Assembly (NCBI GenBank): GCA_037625715.1
Contig: JASJHQ010000035.1
Coordinates: 497 to 64,496 of the forward strand
Source: Flavobacteriales bacterium
GTDB lineage: Bacteria; Bacteroidota; Bacteroidia; Flavobacteriales; UBA7312
Length of the DNA stretch: 64,000 nt
Direction: 5' to 3'
The notes under the pieces were generated by a model. That model was given only the letters and a program-made list of their open reading frames with translations. It ran no database searches and had not been told where the DNA came from. How positions within the stretch are numbered: the first letter of the stretch is position 1; each line of letters opens with the position of its first letter. Positions 1 to 10,418 of the stretch are shown here, one piece after another. The position numbers and the translations under genes were made by a program.

Positions 1-116
1 GATGTTTTACCTTTTTTAAATGCCTCATTGTCATAAAACTTAGAGTTTAAATGTATTGGGGTTTTAGTGTCCCAAGCTTTTTGGTTTGTATCAATATGTT
101 TTTCGAAATTTTCCAT
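1..116 (-). CDS. N-terminal part of a CDS running off the left edge; resembles N-termini of class I SAM-dependent methyltransferases (partial)
   Basis: Not in the ORF track. A reverse-strand ATG (plus 114-116) opens a frame with no stop down to position 1: MENFEKHIDTNQKAWDTKTPIHLNSKFYDNEAFKKGKTS. The family call is from recollection only. Confidence 0.4.
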   Translation of the reverse strand, partial: MENFEKHIDTNQKAWDTKTPIHLNSKFYDNEAFKKGKT

Positions 117-129
117 TCTTAAAAGTATT

Positions 130-137
130 TAAATTTG
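130..137 (+). promoter_or_regulatory. Bacteroidetes-type -7 box (TAAATTTG) upstream of the 186..737 gene
   Basis: Exact match to TAnnTTTG, 48 nt upstream of the ATG at 186. Confidence 0.4.
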
Positions 138-185
138 GACAAATTTCTTACTTTTTTTTATACTTTTACAATAATTACTTAAAAC

Positions 186-737
186 ATGAAACTGCAACAA
201 CTGTTGCCTAACACTTATTTCACTATTAATAAATCTTATTATCGTCGTTTTTCTAGAACGATTACTTTTTTAAAAAAACATATTAAAGCTGACACTAAAA
301 TATTAGACTTAGGAACTCCATCTATTTTGTCAAATCAAATAATAGATGAAGGATATAAAGTGACTAATACTAATGGCGAAAACTTAGATATAGATTACTC
401 TAGTTATTTAGATACGGATGCAGAGGTGGTAACCGCATTTGAAATTTTCGAACATATGTTGGCTCCCTTTAATATTTTAAGAGAATTGAAGACGGATAAA
501 TTAGTTGCTTCTATACCAATGAAACTATGGTTTGCTAGCGCTTATTGGGGGTCTGAAGATTGGGATAAGCATTATCACGAATTTGAAAAAAAGCAATTCG
601 ATTTTTTACTTAAACAAAGCGGATGGAAAATTATTGATAGCGAAACCTGGATTTCTTATGACAATAAAATTGGCTTTCGACCTATACTCAGAAGGTTTAT
701 TCCAAGATACTATATCGTTTATTGTGAAAGGATTTAA
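186..737 (+). CDS. Small methyltransferase-fold-like protein with degenerate SAM motif
   Basis: 183 aa. KILDLGTPS sits where motif I (hhDhGxGxG) is expected. It is followed by IIDEGY and FEIFEHM, typical of class I methyltransferase layout. The glycine-rich loop is not intact. Confidence 0.45.
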   Translation: MKLQQLLPNTYFTINKSYYRRFSRTITFLKKHIKADTKILDLGTPSILSNQIIDEGYKVTNTNGENLDIDYSSYLDTDAEVVTAFEIFEHMLAPFNILRELKTDKLVASIPMKLWFASAYWGSEDWDKHYHEFEKKQFDFLLKQSGWKIIDSETWISYDNKIGFRPILRRFIPRYYIVYCERI

Positions 738-740
738 TAA

Positions 741-771
741 AAAAGGCAAAACCCAATGAGTTTTGCCTTTT
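741..771. terminator. Bidirectional intrinsic terminator between convergent genes
   Basis: Perfect 12-bp stem AAAAGGCAAAAC / GTTTTGCCTTTT with a 7-nt loop, flanked by an A-run and a T-run. It lies between the stop at 737 (+) and the glyA stop at 797 (-). Confidence 0.8.
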
Positions 772-796
772 TTATTAATCTGATCGTTTAGAATTC

Positions 797-2071
797 TTAG
801 TAAGCAAATAGGGGATATTTGCCCATTAGTTCGTTTACTTTCTTTCTAACATTAGAAATAGTTTCTTCGTTGTCAATGTTGGTTAGCACTTCATCAATTA
901 AGTCTACTATTTGAGGAATAGTATCTTCTTTAATTCCTCTGGTAGTAATTGCTGGAGTACCAACACGCATCCCTGAAGTAACAAATGGTGATTTATCATC
1001 AAATGGCACCATGTTTTTATTAACGGTAATATCGGCCAAGACAAGAGTGTTTTCTGCTTGCTTTCCTGTTATTCCTTTCGATCTTAAGTCTAGTAACATA
1101 CAATGATTGGATGTTCCTCCAGAAATAACTTTATACCCTTTGTCTATAAAACACTGAGCCATAACAGCTGCGTTTTTCATAACCTGCTCGGTATATACCT
1201 TAAATTCTGGCTCTAGAGCTTCACCAAATGCGATTGCTTTTGCTCCGATAATATGTTCTAAAGGTCCTCCCTGAGTTCCTGGGAATACTGCAGAGTCAAG
1301 AATAGAAGACATCTTTCTTACTACTCCTTTAGGTGTTGTAAGACCCCATGGGTTGTCGAAATCTTTACCCATCATTATCATTCCACCTCTTGGTCCTCTT
1401 AAGGTCTTATGAGTAGTAGTAGTTAAAATATGGCAATGTGGTGCTGGGTCGTTTAAATGTCCGCTAGCAATAAGTCCAGAAGGGTGAGAAATGTCACCTA
1501 ACAATAACGCACCTACTTTATCGGCAATTGCTCTAAACCTAGCGTAATCAATATCTCTTGAATAAGCAGAAGCGCCACAGATAATAAGTTGTGGCATTTC
1601 TTCTAAAGCAGTTTTTTCTATAGCATCGTAATCAAGTAGTCCGTCTTCTTCTTTAACAGAGTAGAAACTAGTCTGATAGGTTTTACCAGAAAAGTTAACA
1701 GGAGAACCATGTGTTAGGTGGCCACCATGCGATAGGTTAAAACCAAGCATTTTTTGTCCTGGCTTTAGTATTGCCAAAAATACGGCAGCATTAGCTTGAG
1801 AGCCAGAGTGGGGCTGAACGTTTGCATATTCTACTCCAAATAATTCTTTTGCTCTATCAATAGCCAATTGCTCTACTTTATCGACAACTTCACAGCCACC
1901 ATAGTACCTTCTGTTAGGAAATCCTTCGGCATATTTGTTGGTAAGGCACGAACCTGCAGCTTCCATTACTTGGTCGCTAACAAAGTTTTCCGATGCAATT
2001 AGTTCAATTCCATGGGTTTGTCTTTCTCTTTCTTGATCAATTAGATCAAATATTTTTTGGTCTCTCTTCAT
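797..2071 (-). CDS. glyA: Serine hydroxymethyltransferase
   Basis: 424 aa, full-length SHMT pattern: [36 protein letters not shown] (PLP-lysine region). Confidence 0.95.
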   Translation of the reverse strand: MKRDQKIFDLIDQERERQTHGIELIASENFVSDQVMEAAGSCLTNKYAEGFPNRRYYGGCEVVDKVEQLAIDRAKELFGVEYANVQPHSGSQANAAVFLAILKPGQKMLGFNLSHGGHLTHGSPVNFSGKTYQTSFYSVKEEDGLLDYDAIEKTALEEMPQLIICGASAYSRDIDYARFRAIADKVGALLLGDISHPSGLIASGHLNDPAPHCHILTTTTHKTLRGPRGGMIMMGKDFDNPWGLTTPKGVVRKMSSILDSAVFPGTQGGPLEHIIGAKAIAFGEALEPEFKVYTEQVMKNAAVMAQCFIDKGYKVISGGTSNHCMLLDLRSKGITGKQAENTLVLADITVNKNMVPFDDKSPFVTSGMRVGTPAITTRGIKEDTIPQIVDLIDEVLTNIDNEETISNVRKKVNELMGKYPLFAY

Positions 2072-2102
2072 GAATAAATTTTTCTACTTTCGTATTCGGA
2101 AA

Positions 2103-2110
2103 CAAATATA
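2103..2110 (-). promoter_or_regulatory. -7 box (TATATTTG on minus strand) for glyA
   Basis: Plus strand CAAATATA is TATATTTG on the minus strand, about 31 nt upstream of the glyA ATG. Confidence 0.45.
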
Positions 2111-2114
2111 ATTA

Positions 2115-3062
2115 ATGAATAATAAAATAACTCAATTATTTGCTATAAAATATCCTATTGTTCAAGCTGGAATGATATGGTGTAGTGGTTGGCAATTAGC
2201 ATCGGCAGTTAGTAATGCTGGAGGACTTGGAATTATTGGTTCTGGATCTATGTATACTGATGTTTTAAGAGAACACATACAGAAATGTAAAGAAGCTACT
2301 GACAAACCCTTTGCAGTAAATTTACCGCTTTTATATCCTCAAATAGACGACCATATAAAGATTATTATTGAACAGGGAGTGAAGATTGTGTTTACTTCTG
2401 CTGGTAATCCTAAGAAATGGACATCCCATTTAAAGGAGCACGGAATAACAGTCGTTCACGTGGTAAGTAATCTAAAATTTGCTTTAAAGTCGGTAGAAGC
2501 AGGTGTAGACGCAATTGTTGCAGAAGGATTTGAAGCTGGAGGACATAATGGAAGAGAAGAAACAACAACGATGTGTTTAATCCCTTTCATTAAGAAAAAT
2601 ATATCTATTCCAATAATTGCTGCTGGAGGAATTTCTTGCGGAAAATCTATGTTGGCAGCGATGTCTTTAGGAGCTGATGCCGTACAAATAGGAAGTATGT
2701 TTATAGCAACTCCAGAATCGTCTGCTCATCAGAATTTTAAAGATTATATCTTAAATTCTAAAGAAGGAGATACTCAGTTAACGCTTAAAGAAGTTACTCC
2801 TGTCCGATTATTGAAAAATGAATTCTTTGATAAATTAATGCAAGCCTATGACAGTGGTTCTAGTACAGAAGAATTAAAAGAATTGTTGGGAAGAGGAAGA
2901 GCTAAGAAGGGAATGTTTATGGGAGATTTAGTGGATGGCGAGTTAGAAGTAGGACAAGTATCTGCTGCAATGGACGAGATAAAGCCTGCTGCTCAAATTG
3001 TAAACGAATTAGTTGAAGAATTCAATCACGCTAAAAATCAATTAGTTAAGATTCATCTTTAA
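2115..3062 (+). CDS. Nitronate monooxygenase / NAD(P)H-dependent flavin oxidoreductase family (FabK-like TIM barrel)
   Basis: 315 aa. Motifs: PIVQAGM, GGLGIIG, VAEGFEAGGHNG, AAGGI, GADAVQIGS. Confidence 0.85.
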   Translation: MNNKITQLFAIKYPIVQAGMIWCSGWQLASAVSNAGGLGIIGSGSMYTDVLREHIQKCKEATDKPFAVNLPLLYPQIDDHIKIIIEQGVKIVFTSAGNPKKWTSHLKEHGITVVHVVSNLKFALKSVEAGVDAIVAEGFEAGGHNGREETTTMCLIPFIKKNISIPIIAAGGISCGKSMLAAMSLGADAVQIGSMFIATPESSAHQNFKDYILNSKEGDTQLTLKEVTPVRLLKNEFFDKLMQAYDSGSSTEELKELLGRGRAKKGMFMGDLVDGELEVGQVSAAMDEIKPAAQIVNELVEEFNHAKNQLVKIHL

Positions 3063-3096
3063 ACAATAAATATTTAGATTATTTGTTTTGTGAAAT

Positions 3097-4584
3097 ATGT
3101 TTAGATCAACATACATTTTTTTAATCTTAATATTAGCTGTCTTCGGTCAGTTGAATGCTCAGGTAATTGACCCGCCTGTGATTACACATATGTCTTTAGA
3201 CTCCATTACTGGACAAGTAGAAGTGAGTTGGGCTAATGGTTCACCAGAAACAGAAGGGTATATCATCTATAAAAGAGATTATTTCGGACTATGGATTCCT
3301 TTGGATACTATTTATGGTATTGAAAATACGTTTTATAAAACTACTACTTCAAATGCCCAATTTCTTATTGAAACATTTAGTGTAACTGCTTTTGATGGAG
3401 ATGACAACTCTAGCCTTAGAAGCGACTTTCATCAAACAATGAAGTTAGAGTATGAATACGAGCTATGTGAAGATTCGTGTAGTTTAAGTTGGAATGCTTA
3501 CCACAATATGTTTTCTTTAAACGGCTATTTGTTACAAGTGAGTTCTGTAAACACCAAAAATGGCCAAACTAACTTTCAAGAATATAATTTAGGAGTTAAC
3601 GATACCGATGTTACTATAGCTGTAGACTATTCCAATCAATATTCTATTTATGTTGTAGCATATAATGCTTTAGATAGTTTTTCCGTTTCTAGCAATTCTC
3701 AGTTTAGCTCTACTAATTTAATTTCACCATCTTACATATACTTAAACAAAGTAACCGTTAAGCCCGATCAAAGTGTAGAAATTTCTATTATTTCAGATAG
3801 TTCGGATGTGTCCTATTATGAGGTCTATAGGTCTAACTTTTTGGGTAATGAGTCAATAATGATTGGTAAAACAGACTCTGTTAGGAGTCCTAACTTATTT
3901 GTTGACCCTTTCATTTACCCCGATATTAACGAGTATTATTATAGCGCTCTTGCTGTTGATCAATGTAATAACAAAATAAAAAGAACAAAGCCTTTTAGTG
4001 GTGATACCTCAATAGTTAGTAATTTAAGGTTGCAGTCTGTTTATTCCGATTTTAGAGAAATAGAATTGCAGTGGGGTGACTATAACGGATTTCTTAACTC
4101 TGATGTAGTTCATGAGTTATGGAAAGATGTTAATGGTTCTCTTGATCTTGTTTATGATGTACAGCCAAATTCACAGACTAGCGTAGAGATACTAAATGAT
4201 ATTGGTAAGGTTTGCTTCTTCGTTAAAGCATTTGAGCAAGATGTAAATGCAATAAACAGGCAAGACACAATTTATTCTAATAGTATTTGTATTTACAATA
4301 TCCCAAAGATTTACATTCCTTCTGCTTTTACTCCCAACAACGATTTTAAAAACAACCTTTTTAAAGTTGAAATATATGATAACAGCTCGCTAGAAAGTTA
4401 TAGTATGAAGGTCTATGATATGTTTAGTAATTTGGTATTTCATTCTACAGATGAAAATATTCATTGGGACGGCACCTTTAATAATAGAGTTCTTCCGATT
4501 GATACTTACGTTTATTTTATGGAATTAACTTATGGGGGAGGTCAAGTTGTAACTAAAAATGGCAACATTACTTTACTTAGATAA
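3097..4584 (+). CDS. Secreted protein with FN3-like modules and a T9SS type B (gliding-motility-associated) C-terminal sorting domain
   Basis: Signal peptide ending NAQ. Repeated modules of the type VEVSWANGSPETEGYIIYKR. C-terminus IPSAFTPNNDFKNNLFKV...WDGTFNNRVLPIDTYVYFMEL matches the type B CTD pattern. Confidence 0.8.
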   Translation: MFRSTYIFLILILAVFGQLNAQVIDPPVITHMSLDSITGQVEVSWANGSPETEGYIIYKRDYFGLWIPLDTIYGIENTFYKTTTSNAQFLIETFSVTAFDGDDNSSLRSDFHQTMKLEYEYELCEDSCSLSWNAYHNMFSLNGYLLQVSSVNTKNGQTNFQEYNLGVNDTDVTIAVDYSNQYSIYVVAYNALDSFSVSSNSQFSSTNLISPSYIYLNKVTVKPDQSVEISIISDSSDVSYYEVYRSNFLGNESIMIGKTDSVRSPNLFVDPFIYPDINEYYYSALAVDQCNNKIKRTKPFSGDTSIVSNLRLQSVYSDFREIELQWGDYNGFLNSDVVHELWKDVNGSLDLVYDVQPNSQTSVEILNDIGKVCFFVKAFEQDVNAINRQDTIYSNSICIYNIPKIYIPSAFTPNNDFKNNLFKVEIYDNSSLESYSMKVYDMFSNLVFHSTDENIHWDGTFNNRVLPIDTYVYFMELTYGGGQVVTKNGNITLLR

Positions 4585-4624
4585 TAAGCTTGTAAAATGA
4601 CTATTTCTTTACATGATAATTTAT

Positions 4625-4632
4625 TACTTTTG
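4625..4632 (+). promoter_or_regulatory. -7 box (TACTTTTG) for guaB
   Basis: Exact TAnnTTTG, 35 nt upstream of the guaB ATG. Confidence 0.5.
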
Positions 4633-4667
4633 CACCACTTAAATGTTAATCAAATAAATAAAGAGAT

Positions 4668-6131
4668 ATGGCGGTAGATAGTACTAAAATCATTGGAGAA
4701 GGACTTACTTACGATGATGTTCTTTTAATTCCAGAATACTCGGAAGTTTTACCATCTCAAGTTAACGTTTCTACTCAATTTACTAAAAACATTAAGTTAA
4801 ACATTCCTATTGTAGCTGCTGCAATGGATACCGTTACCGAAGCAAAGATGGCTATTGCTATTGCTCAGGAGGGTGGTATTGGAGTGTTACATAAAAACAT
4901 GAGTATTATAGCTCAAGCTTCTGAAGTAAGAAAAGTAAAACGTTCGGAAAGTGGAATGATACTTGACCCAATCGTTTTACCATTAGACTCTAATGTGAGC
5001 GATGCTCTTGCTATTATGAAAGAACATAAAATTGGTGGTATTCCTATCGTTAATGAACAAAACGATTTATTAGGTATTGTCACCAACAGAGATTTAAGAT
5101 TCGAAAAAGATTTCAGTAAAAGTATAGAGCAGGTAATGACTAGTGAAGAATTAGTTACTACTCAGCTTACTGATTTAGAAAATGCCGAAGATATACTTCA
5201 AGAAAATAAAATTGAAAAACTTCCTGTAGTAGACGAAAAAAATAAACTTGTAGGCTTGATTACCTACAAGGATATTATGAAGAATAAAACTCGTCCTAAT
5301 TCTTGTAAAGATAAATACGGAAGATTAAGAGTAGCTGCTGCTGTTGGAGTAACAGCTGATACTATAGAGCGTGTTTCTGCTCTTGAAAAAGCTGGAGTAG
5401 ATGCTATTATAGTAGATACTGCTCATGGCCATAGTAAAGGAGTAATTGAAACTGTTGCTAAAGTAAAAGCTAAGTTTCCTAATTTGGATGTTATAGCAGG
5501 AAACATAGCAACTGCTTCTGCTGCCTTAGCATTAAAAGAAGCTGGTGTAGATGCTGTTAAAGTAGGAATTGGCCCTGGCTCTATTTGTACTACTAGAGTA
5601 GTAGCAGGAGTTGGTGTTCCTCAGTTATCTGCAGTTATGGATGTTGTAGAAGCTTTGCAGGGTTCTGACATTCCGGTAATAGCCGATGGTGGAATTAGAT
5701 ATTCTGGTGATATCGTTAAAGCATTGGTTGCAGGAGCAAGTACTGTTATGCTTGGATCTATTATTGCTGGTGTAGAAGAAGCGCCAGGAGAAACAATCAT
5801 ATTTGAAGGAAGAAAATTCAAATCGTATAGAGGAATGGGTTCTGTAGAAGCAATGCAGGCTGGTTCTAAAGATAGATACTTTCAATCGGATCAGGATGAG
5901 AAAAAATTAGTTCCAGAAGGAATTGTAGGAAGAGTAGATTACAAAGGAAAACTAGATGAGGTTATTCATCAAATGGTAGGAGGCCTTAGGTCTGGAATGG
6001 GATATTGCGGCTCAGCAAATATTTTAGAAATGACAAAATCAAAATTTATAAGAATTACATCAGCAGGGGTTACTGAAAGCCATCCTCATGATGTAAGAAT
6101 TACACGTGAAGCACCAAATTATAGTAGATAA
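4668..6131 (+). CDS. guaB: IMP dehydrogenase
   Basis: 487 aa. [10 protein letters not shown], tandem CBS region, catalytic-loop [21 protein letters not shown]. Confidence 0.95.
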   Translation: MAVDSTKIIGEGLTYDDVLLIPEYSEVLPSQVNVSTQFTKNIKLNIPIVAAAMDTVTEAKMAIAIAQEGGIGVLHKNMSIIAQASEVRKVKRSESGMILDPIVLPLDSNVSDALAIMKEHKIGGIPIVNEQNDLLGIVTNRDLRFEKDFSKSIEQVMTSEELVTTQLTDLENAEDILQENKIEKLPVVDEKNKLVGLITYKDIMKNKTRPNSCKDKYGRLRVAAAVGVTADTIERVSALEKAGVDAIIVDTAHGHSKGVIETVAKVKAKFPNLDVIAGNIATASAALALKEAGVDAVKVGIGPGSICTTRVVAGVGVPQLSAVMDVVEALQGSDIPVIADGGIRYSGDIVKALVAGASTVMLGSIIAGVEEAPGETIIFEGRKFKSYRGMGSVEAMQAGSKDRYFQSDQDEKKLVPEGIVGRVDYKGKLDEVIHQMVGGLRSGMGYCGSANILEMTKSKFIRITSAGVTESHPHDVRITREAPNYSR

Positions 6132-6158
6132 TAAACTTACAATTAAAAAAGAGAAATC

Positions 6159-8243
6159 ATGAATGGAATTTTAGTTTTAATAGCATTAGGGTTAGCCGCT
6201 CTAAGTGGAACTTTTAATAAGAAAAACGATACTAAAGGGCAAGATGAAATTGTTATGGAAGTTGGTCCTGAAAAAGTTGCCCTTTCAGAATTTGAAACTA
6301 CATTTAGAAAAAACAATGACGATAAAGTAATTACAGAGCAGTATCTAGACGAGTACGCTGAATTGTATGTTGATTTTAAAAGAAAAGTTCTTTTTGCTAA
6401 AGAAAAGCAAATGGACACTTCTCAAGCTTTCATAAGAGAACTTGCAGGATATAGAAGGCAATTAGCTCGTCCTTATTTAACAGATAAAAATGCTGAGGTT
6501 GCTTTGGTTGATCAAGCTTATCAAAGAATGAAAAGCGAAGTTCGTGCAAGTCATATATTATTAAATTTAGATGAAAACGCACTACCTGCAGATACTTTAG
6601 TTACTTACAATAAATTAATGGACTTAAGATCTCAGATTTTATCTGGTTCTTCTTTTGCCTCTGTTGCTAAAGCTAATTCTCAAGATCCTTCTGCTAAGAC
6701 AAATGGAGGAGATTTAGGTTATTTTTCTGCTTTCAGAATGCTCTATTCATTTGAGTCAGTAGCTTTTAATACTGACAAAGGAGACATTTCTCTTCCGTTT
6801 AGAACTCAATACGGATATCACATTCTTAAAGTAGAAGACGTAAGAGAGAATAGAGGTGAAGTAAAAGTTTCTCATATCATGATTGAGGAAAGAGAAGATA
6901 CTTCCCCAAAAGAGATTGTTGCTAATCAAGAAAAAATAGTACAGTTAAAGGAAGCATTTGCTGAAGGAAAAACGTTTGAAGAATTAGTTAAATTTTCTGC
7001 AGATAAATCTTCTGCAAAAAATAATGGTGTACTTCCTATGTTTGCTAGCGGACAAATGGTTTCTTCTTTCGAAGATGCTGCTTTCGCTTTGCAAAATGTT
7101 GGAGATATAACTGCTGAACCAGTAAAAACTATTTACGGATGGCACTTTATTAAATTATTAGAAAAGAAATCTGTTCCTTCATTCGAAGATGCAAAATCTG
7201 ATATCGAAAGAAAAATAAAAAGAGACAGTAGAAGTAATCAGGGTAAAAATGCTTTGGTTAAAACCATTAAAAAAGAATATAATTTTAAAGAGAATTTTAG
7301 TTCGTCAACTAAAAACGACTTTTATACTTCAAGACAAAATCGTTTAGATGATGTAAATCTTAATTATTCTTCTAATATTACTCCTTTTTACAAAATTAAT
7401 TTTCAGAATTGGGACAGAAGTACGTATACTACTGATGGTAAAACGTTATTTCAACTAGATAACAAAAATTATACTCAAGACGATTTTGCTGATTATTTAG
7501 AAAAGAATAAAACAAATACCGATCCTAAAACAATGGTTGCTACCATCAATAAAATGTACAATGATTGGGTAGAAAAAACGTGTTTAGATTATGAAGACTC
7601 TCAGTTAGAAAACAAATACCCTGAGTTTAAAGCACTAATGAAAGAATACCATGATGGTATTATGTTATTTGATTTAATGGATAAGAAGGTATGGTCTAAA
7701 GCAATTTCAGATTCTGTTGGACTAAAGAAATACTATGATCTTACAAAAGAGAATTACGTTTGGGGTGAAACAGTTTCTGCTTCTACCTTTACTTGTTTAA
7801 ACCAAGATGTAGTTGATAGATTAAATTCATTAATAAATAATAGGTACTCTATAAGAAACCTATCTAAAAGAGAATTAGATGTAATTAGCTTTGGAAAAGG
7901 AGATCAGGTTTACCTTTCTGATAATGATATAGTTAATATCATTAATTTATCTAACCCGAATAATATAAGCCTTGAAAATAACGATTATAGCAAAGGTGAT
8001 TCTCAAATAGTAGATCAAAAATGGTCTGTTGGCTTAACTAAATCTGAAGAGCAGTTAGATGGTTCTATTAATGTAGTTCATATTAATGAGATCAAGTCCG
8101 GAAATATTAAGACTTTTGAAGAAGCTAGAGGTTCTGTAATTTCTGATTACCAAGATTATTTGGAATCTAGCTGGAAAAAAGAGCTAGAAGAAAAGTACCC
8201 TGCAATAATCTTCAAAGATGTTTTATATTCTTTAACTAAATAA
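6159..8243 (+). CDS. Large periplasmic parvulin-type peptidyl-prolyl isomerase (PpiD/SurA-like, two PpiC domains)
   Basis: 694 aa, N-terminal anchor or signal. Two parvulin signatures: ASHILL...GGDLGYF...YGYHILKV and VSHIMI...NGVLPMF...YGWHFIKL. Confidence 0.8.
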   Translation: MNGILVLIALGLAALSGTFNKKNDTKGQDEIVMEVGPEKVALSEFETTFRKNNDDKVITEQYLDEYAELYVDFKRKVLFAKEKQMDTSQAFIRELAGYRRQLARPYLTDKNAEVALVDQAYQRMKSEVRASHILLNLDENALPADTLVTYNKLMDLRSQILSGSSFASVAKANSQDPSAKTNGGDLGYFSAFRMLYSFESVAFNTDKGDISLPFRTQYGYHILKVEDVRENRGEVKVSHIMIEEREDTSPKEIVANQEKIVQLKEAFAEGKTFEELVKFSADKSSAKNNGVLPMFASGQMVSSFEDAAFALQNVGDITAEPVKTIYGWHFIKLLEKKSVPSFEDAKSDIERKIKRDSRSNQGKNALVKTIKKEYNFKENFSSSTKNDFYTSRQNRLDDVNLNYSSNITPFYKINFQNWDRSTYTTDGKTLFQLDNKNYTQDDFADYLEKNKTNTDPKTMVATINKMYNDWVEKTCLDYEDSQLENKYPEFKALMKEYHDGIMLFDLMDKKVWSKAISDSVGLKKYYDLTKENYVWGETVSASTFTCLNQDVVDRLNSLINNRYSIRNLSKRELDVISFGKGDQVYLSDNDIVNIINLSNPNNISLENNDYSKGDSQIVDQKWSVGLTKSEEQLDGSINVVHINEIKSGNIKTFEEARGSVISDYQDYLESSWKKELEEKYPAIIFKDVLYSLTK

Positions 8244-8252
8244 ATATTTCAT

Positions 8253-9092
8253 TTGATGAGGATAGGTCTAATTCTTTTGTTTTTTATAGGTTTAACCTCT
8301 TGCTCTTTTTTTCAGAATGATGAGAAAATTCATATAGCTTCAATTCATGGAAATGATTTGTTTTTTGACGATATTGAATATTCTTTTCAGGGAGATTTAT
8401 CTCAAGAGGATAGTCTTCTGTTATTGAATACATTAATAGAGAAATGGGTTAAAAAACATGCATTAATTCATAAAGCTAAAATTAATTTAGATGATGAATT
8501 GATGGATGTAGAAAAGCAAGTTCAGGATTACAAAAATTCGCTATTAATATTCAAATACCAAAAACTTTTAGTTGAGCAAAAATTAGATACAGTTGTCTCC
8601 GAATTAGACTTGAAAAAGTATTACGTAGAAAACAAATCAAATTTTAAGATTAAAAATAATTTTGTTCAGTTAAACTATGTTAAAGTAAAAAAAGAGGTTC
8701 CTAATTTATTTAAGCTTCTAAAGTGGTATAAGTCTGAAGATAGTAGAAATTTAGAATTGTTGGAAGACTATTGCTATCAATTTGCTGACGAATACTCCTT
8801 GCATTCGGAATGGATTCTTTTACAAGATTTAACTAATAAGTTGCCACAGGAGATAAGTGCAAGAGATTTTAGAAATAAAAAGTATTTCGAATTTAAAGAT
8901 GAAGATTTTTATTATTTCGTTTATTTTAAAAAGAAGAAAAGAATAGGTGAAATTTCTCCTTTTGAACTAGAAAAGAAACAAATTAAAACCATTTTGATTA
9001 ACATAAGAAAGCTCGATTTTTTGACTGATATGGAAAATCAATTGTATAAAGAAGCACTATCTAAAAATCTGATTAAATATGAAAAAGAGTAA
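8253..9092 (+). CDS. Hypothetical lipoprotein in the chaperone operon (SurA N-domain-like?)
   Basis: 279 aa. TTG at 8253 or ATG at 8256. Lipobox FIGLTSC. Lysine-rich and helical, with no recognisable catalytic motif. Its stop overlaps the next gene start by 14 nt. Confidence 0.5.
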   Translation: MMRIGLILLFFIGLTSCSFFQNDEKIHIASIHGNDLFFDDIEYSFQGDLSQEDSLLLLNTLIEKWVKKHALIHKAKINLDDELMDVEKQVQDYKNSLLIFKYQKLLVEQKLDTVVSELDLKKYYVENKSNFKIKNNFVQLNYVKVKKEVPNLFKLLKWYKSEDSRNLELLEDYCYQFADEYSLHSEWILLQDLTNKLPQEISARDFRNKKYFEFKDEDFYYFVYFKKKKRIGEISPFELEKKQIKTILINIRKLDFLTDMENQLYKEALSKNLIKYEKE

Positions 9093-10416
9093 ACTGATAT
9101 TAATACTAATTTCGTTTTTGTTTTTGAATCTAAACGCTCAGAACACCATTGATGGAGTAGAAGCTATCGTTGGCGATAAAATAGTTTTGCATTCTGAAAT
9201 TGAATCACAACTTCTTCAGATTCTTTCACAACCAAACTCATCTGAGACTGACAAACAGCAGTTAAGATGCCAAGTAATGGAAGATATGATGTTTCAGAAA
9301 TTATTAGCTAATCAGGCGGAGGTAGATAGTTTAGAGGTTACTGATGAAGAAGTAAATAGTGCTATCGATCAGCGTATAGATTATTTTGTAAGTCAAATAG
9401 GTTCTATTAAAAAGACTGAAAAGTATTTCAATAAGCCAATTGATGACATCAGATTAGAGTTTTTCTCTATCATAAAAGATCAGATTTTAGCTCAGAGAAT
9501 GGAAAGTAATGTTACTTCTTCTATCAAAACAACTCCTTCAGATGTTAGAAAGTTTTTTAATTCTATTCCGGTAGATAGTCTTCCAATGTTTCCTGCTCAA
9601 ATAGAGATGTCACAGCTTATTATATTTCCTGAAGTTTCAACTTACGAAAAAGAAAGAATGGAAATTCAACTTTTAGAGTTTAAGAAAAGAGTAGAGAATG
9701 GAGAAGATTTTAGTTTTTTAGCTTCTTTATACTCGGAAGATGAAGGTTCTGCTAAAGAAGGTGGAGATTTAGGGTATGTTACTAAAGGTAAATTAGTTCC
9801 AGAATTCGAATCTGTAGCTTTTAGATTGCAAAAAGGAGAAGTTTCTAATCCTGTTAAAACCAAATATGGCTTCCATCTTATTCAAACGGTTGACAGAAAA
9901 GGGGAGCAGTTTAAAATACGTCATATTTTATTAAAGCCTAATTTCAGATTACAAGATTATGAAAATGTAAAAATTAAATTAGACAGCATAAAAAATCTTA
10001 TTGCATTAGATAGTTTAACTTTCGATCAAGCCGCTCTTAAATTCTCACAGGATGATTCAAAAAATAATGGAGGTGTAATTATTAACGTTCAATCAGGTTC
10101 TTCTTCTTTCTTATTAGAGGAACTAGATTCTGAATTGTCTTTAACTATTGACGATTTGTCGAGTGGTGATGTTTCTAAGTCTGTAAATTTCACTAATTTC
10201 GATCAAAGAAAAGGATGTAGAATTGTAAAGGTGAATAAATTGTCAAGTCCGCACATTGCTAACTTACAAGAAGATTATGACAGAATACAAACTGTTGCAC
10301 TTCAAGAATTAAAATCGCAAGCTTTAGAAAAATGGAAAGCTTTAACCTTGAACAATACTTACATAAAAATAAGTAGCAATGAAAATTGCGAATCATTAAC
10401 TAACTGGAGCAAGTAA
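9079..10416 (+). CDS. SurA-like periplasmic chaperone / parvulin PPIase
   Basis: 445 aa, signal peptide ending NAQ. SurA-N-like region, then parvulin core GGDLGYVTKGKLVPEFE...KYGFHLIQ, followed by IRHILL. Confidence 0.8.
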   Translation: MKKSKLILILISFLFLNLNAQNTIDGVEAIVGDKIVLHSEIESQLLQILSQPNSSETDKQQLRCQVMEDMMFQKLLANQAEVDSLEVTDEEVNSAIDQRIDYFVSQIGSIKKTEKYFNKPIDDIRLEFFSIIKDQILAQRMESNVTSSIKTTPSDVRKFFNSIPVDSLPMFPAQIEMSQLIIFPEVSTYEKERMEIQLLEFKKRVENGEDFSFLASLYSEDEGSAKEGGDLGYVTKGKLVPEFESVAFRLQKGEVSNPVKTKYGFHLIQTVDRKGEQFKIRHILLKPNFRLQDYENVKIKLDSIKNLIALDSLTFDQAALKFSQDDSKNNGGVIINVQSGSSSFLLEELDSELSLTIDDLSSGDVSKSVNFTNFDQRKGCRIVKVNKLSSPHIANLQEDYDRIQTVALQELKSQALEKWKALTLNNTYIKISSNENCESLTNWSK

Positions 10417-10418
10417 TT

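Noticed and set aside
5621-5885. Two antisense ORFs (66 and 86 aa) inside guaB. Similar short antisense or overlapping ORFs occur at 532-759, 6143-6418, 9666-9863, 11386-11722, 12856-13246, 24917-25132, 26266-26484, 30906-31091, 35972-36187, 37541-37729, 38043-38321, 40827-41012, 41362-41544, 42125-42337, 46764-46964, 52105-52293, 53192-53389, 54141-54344, 57516-57764, 57924-58163, 62300-62491 and 63209-63406
   Set aside because: All are fully embedded in, or overlap, strongly supported conserved genes. They have low-complexity or Ser/Ile/Phe-rich translations typical of the reverse frames of AT-rich coding DNA, and no promoter context.
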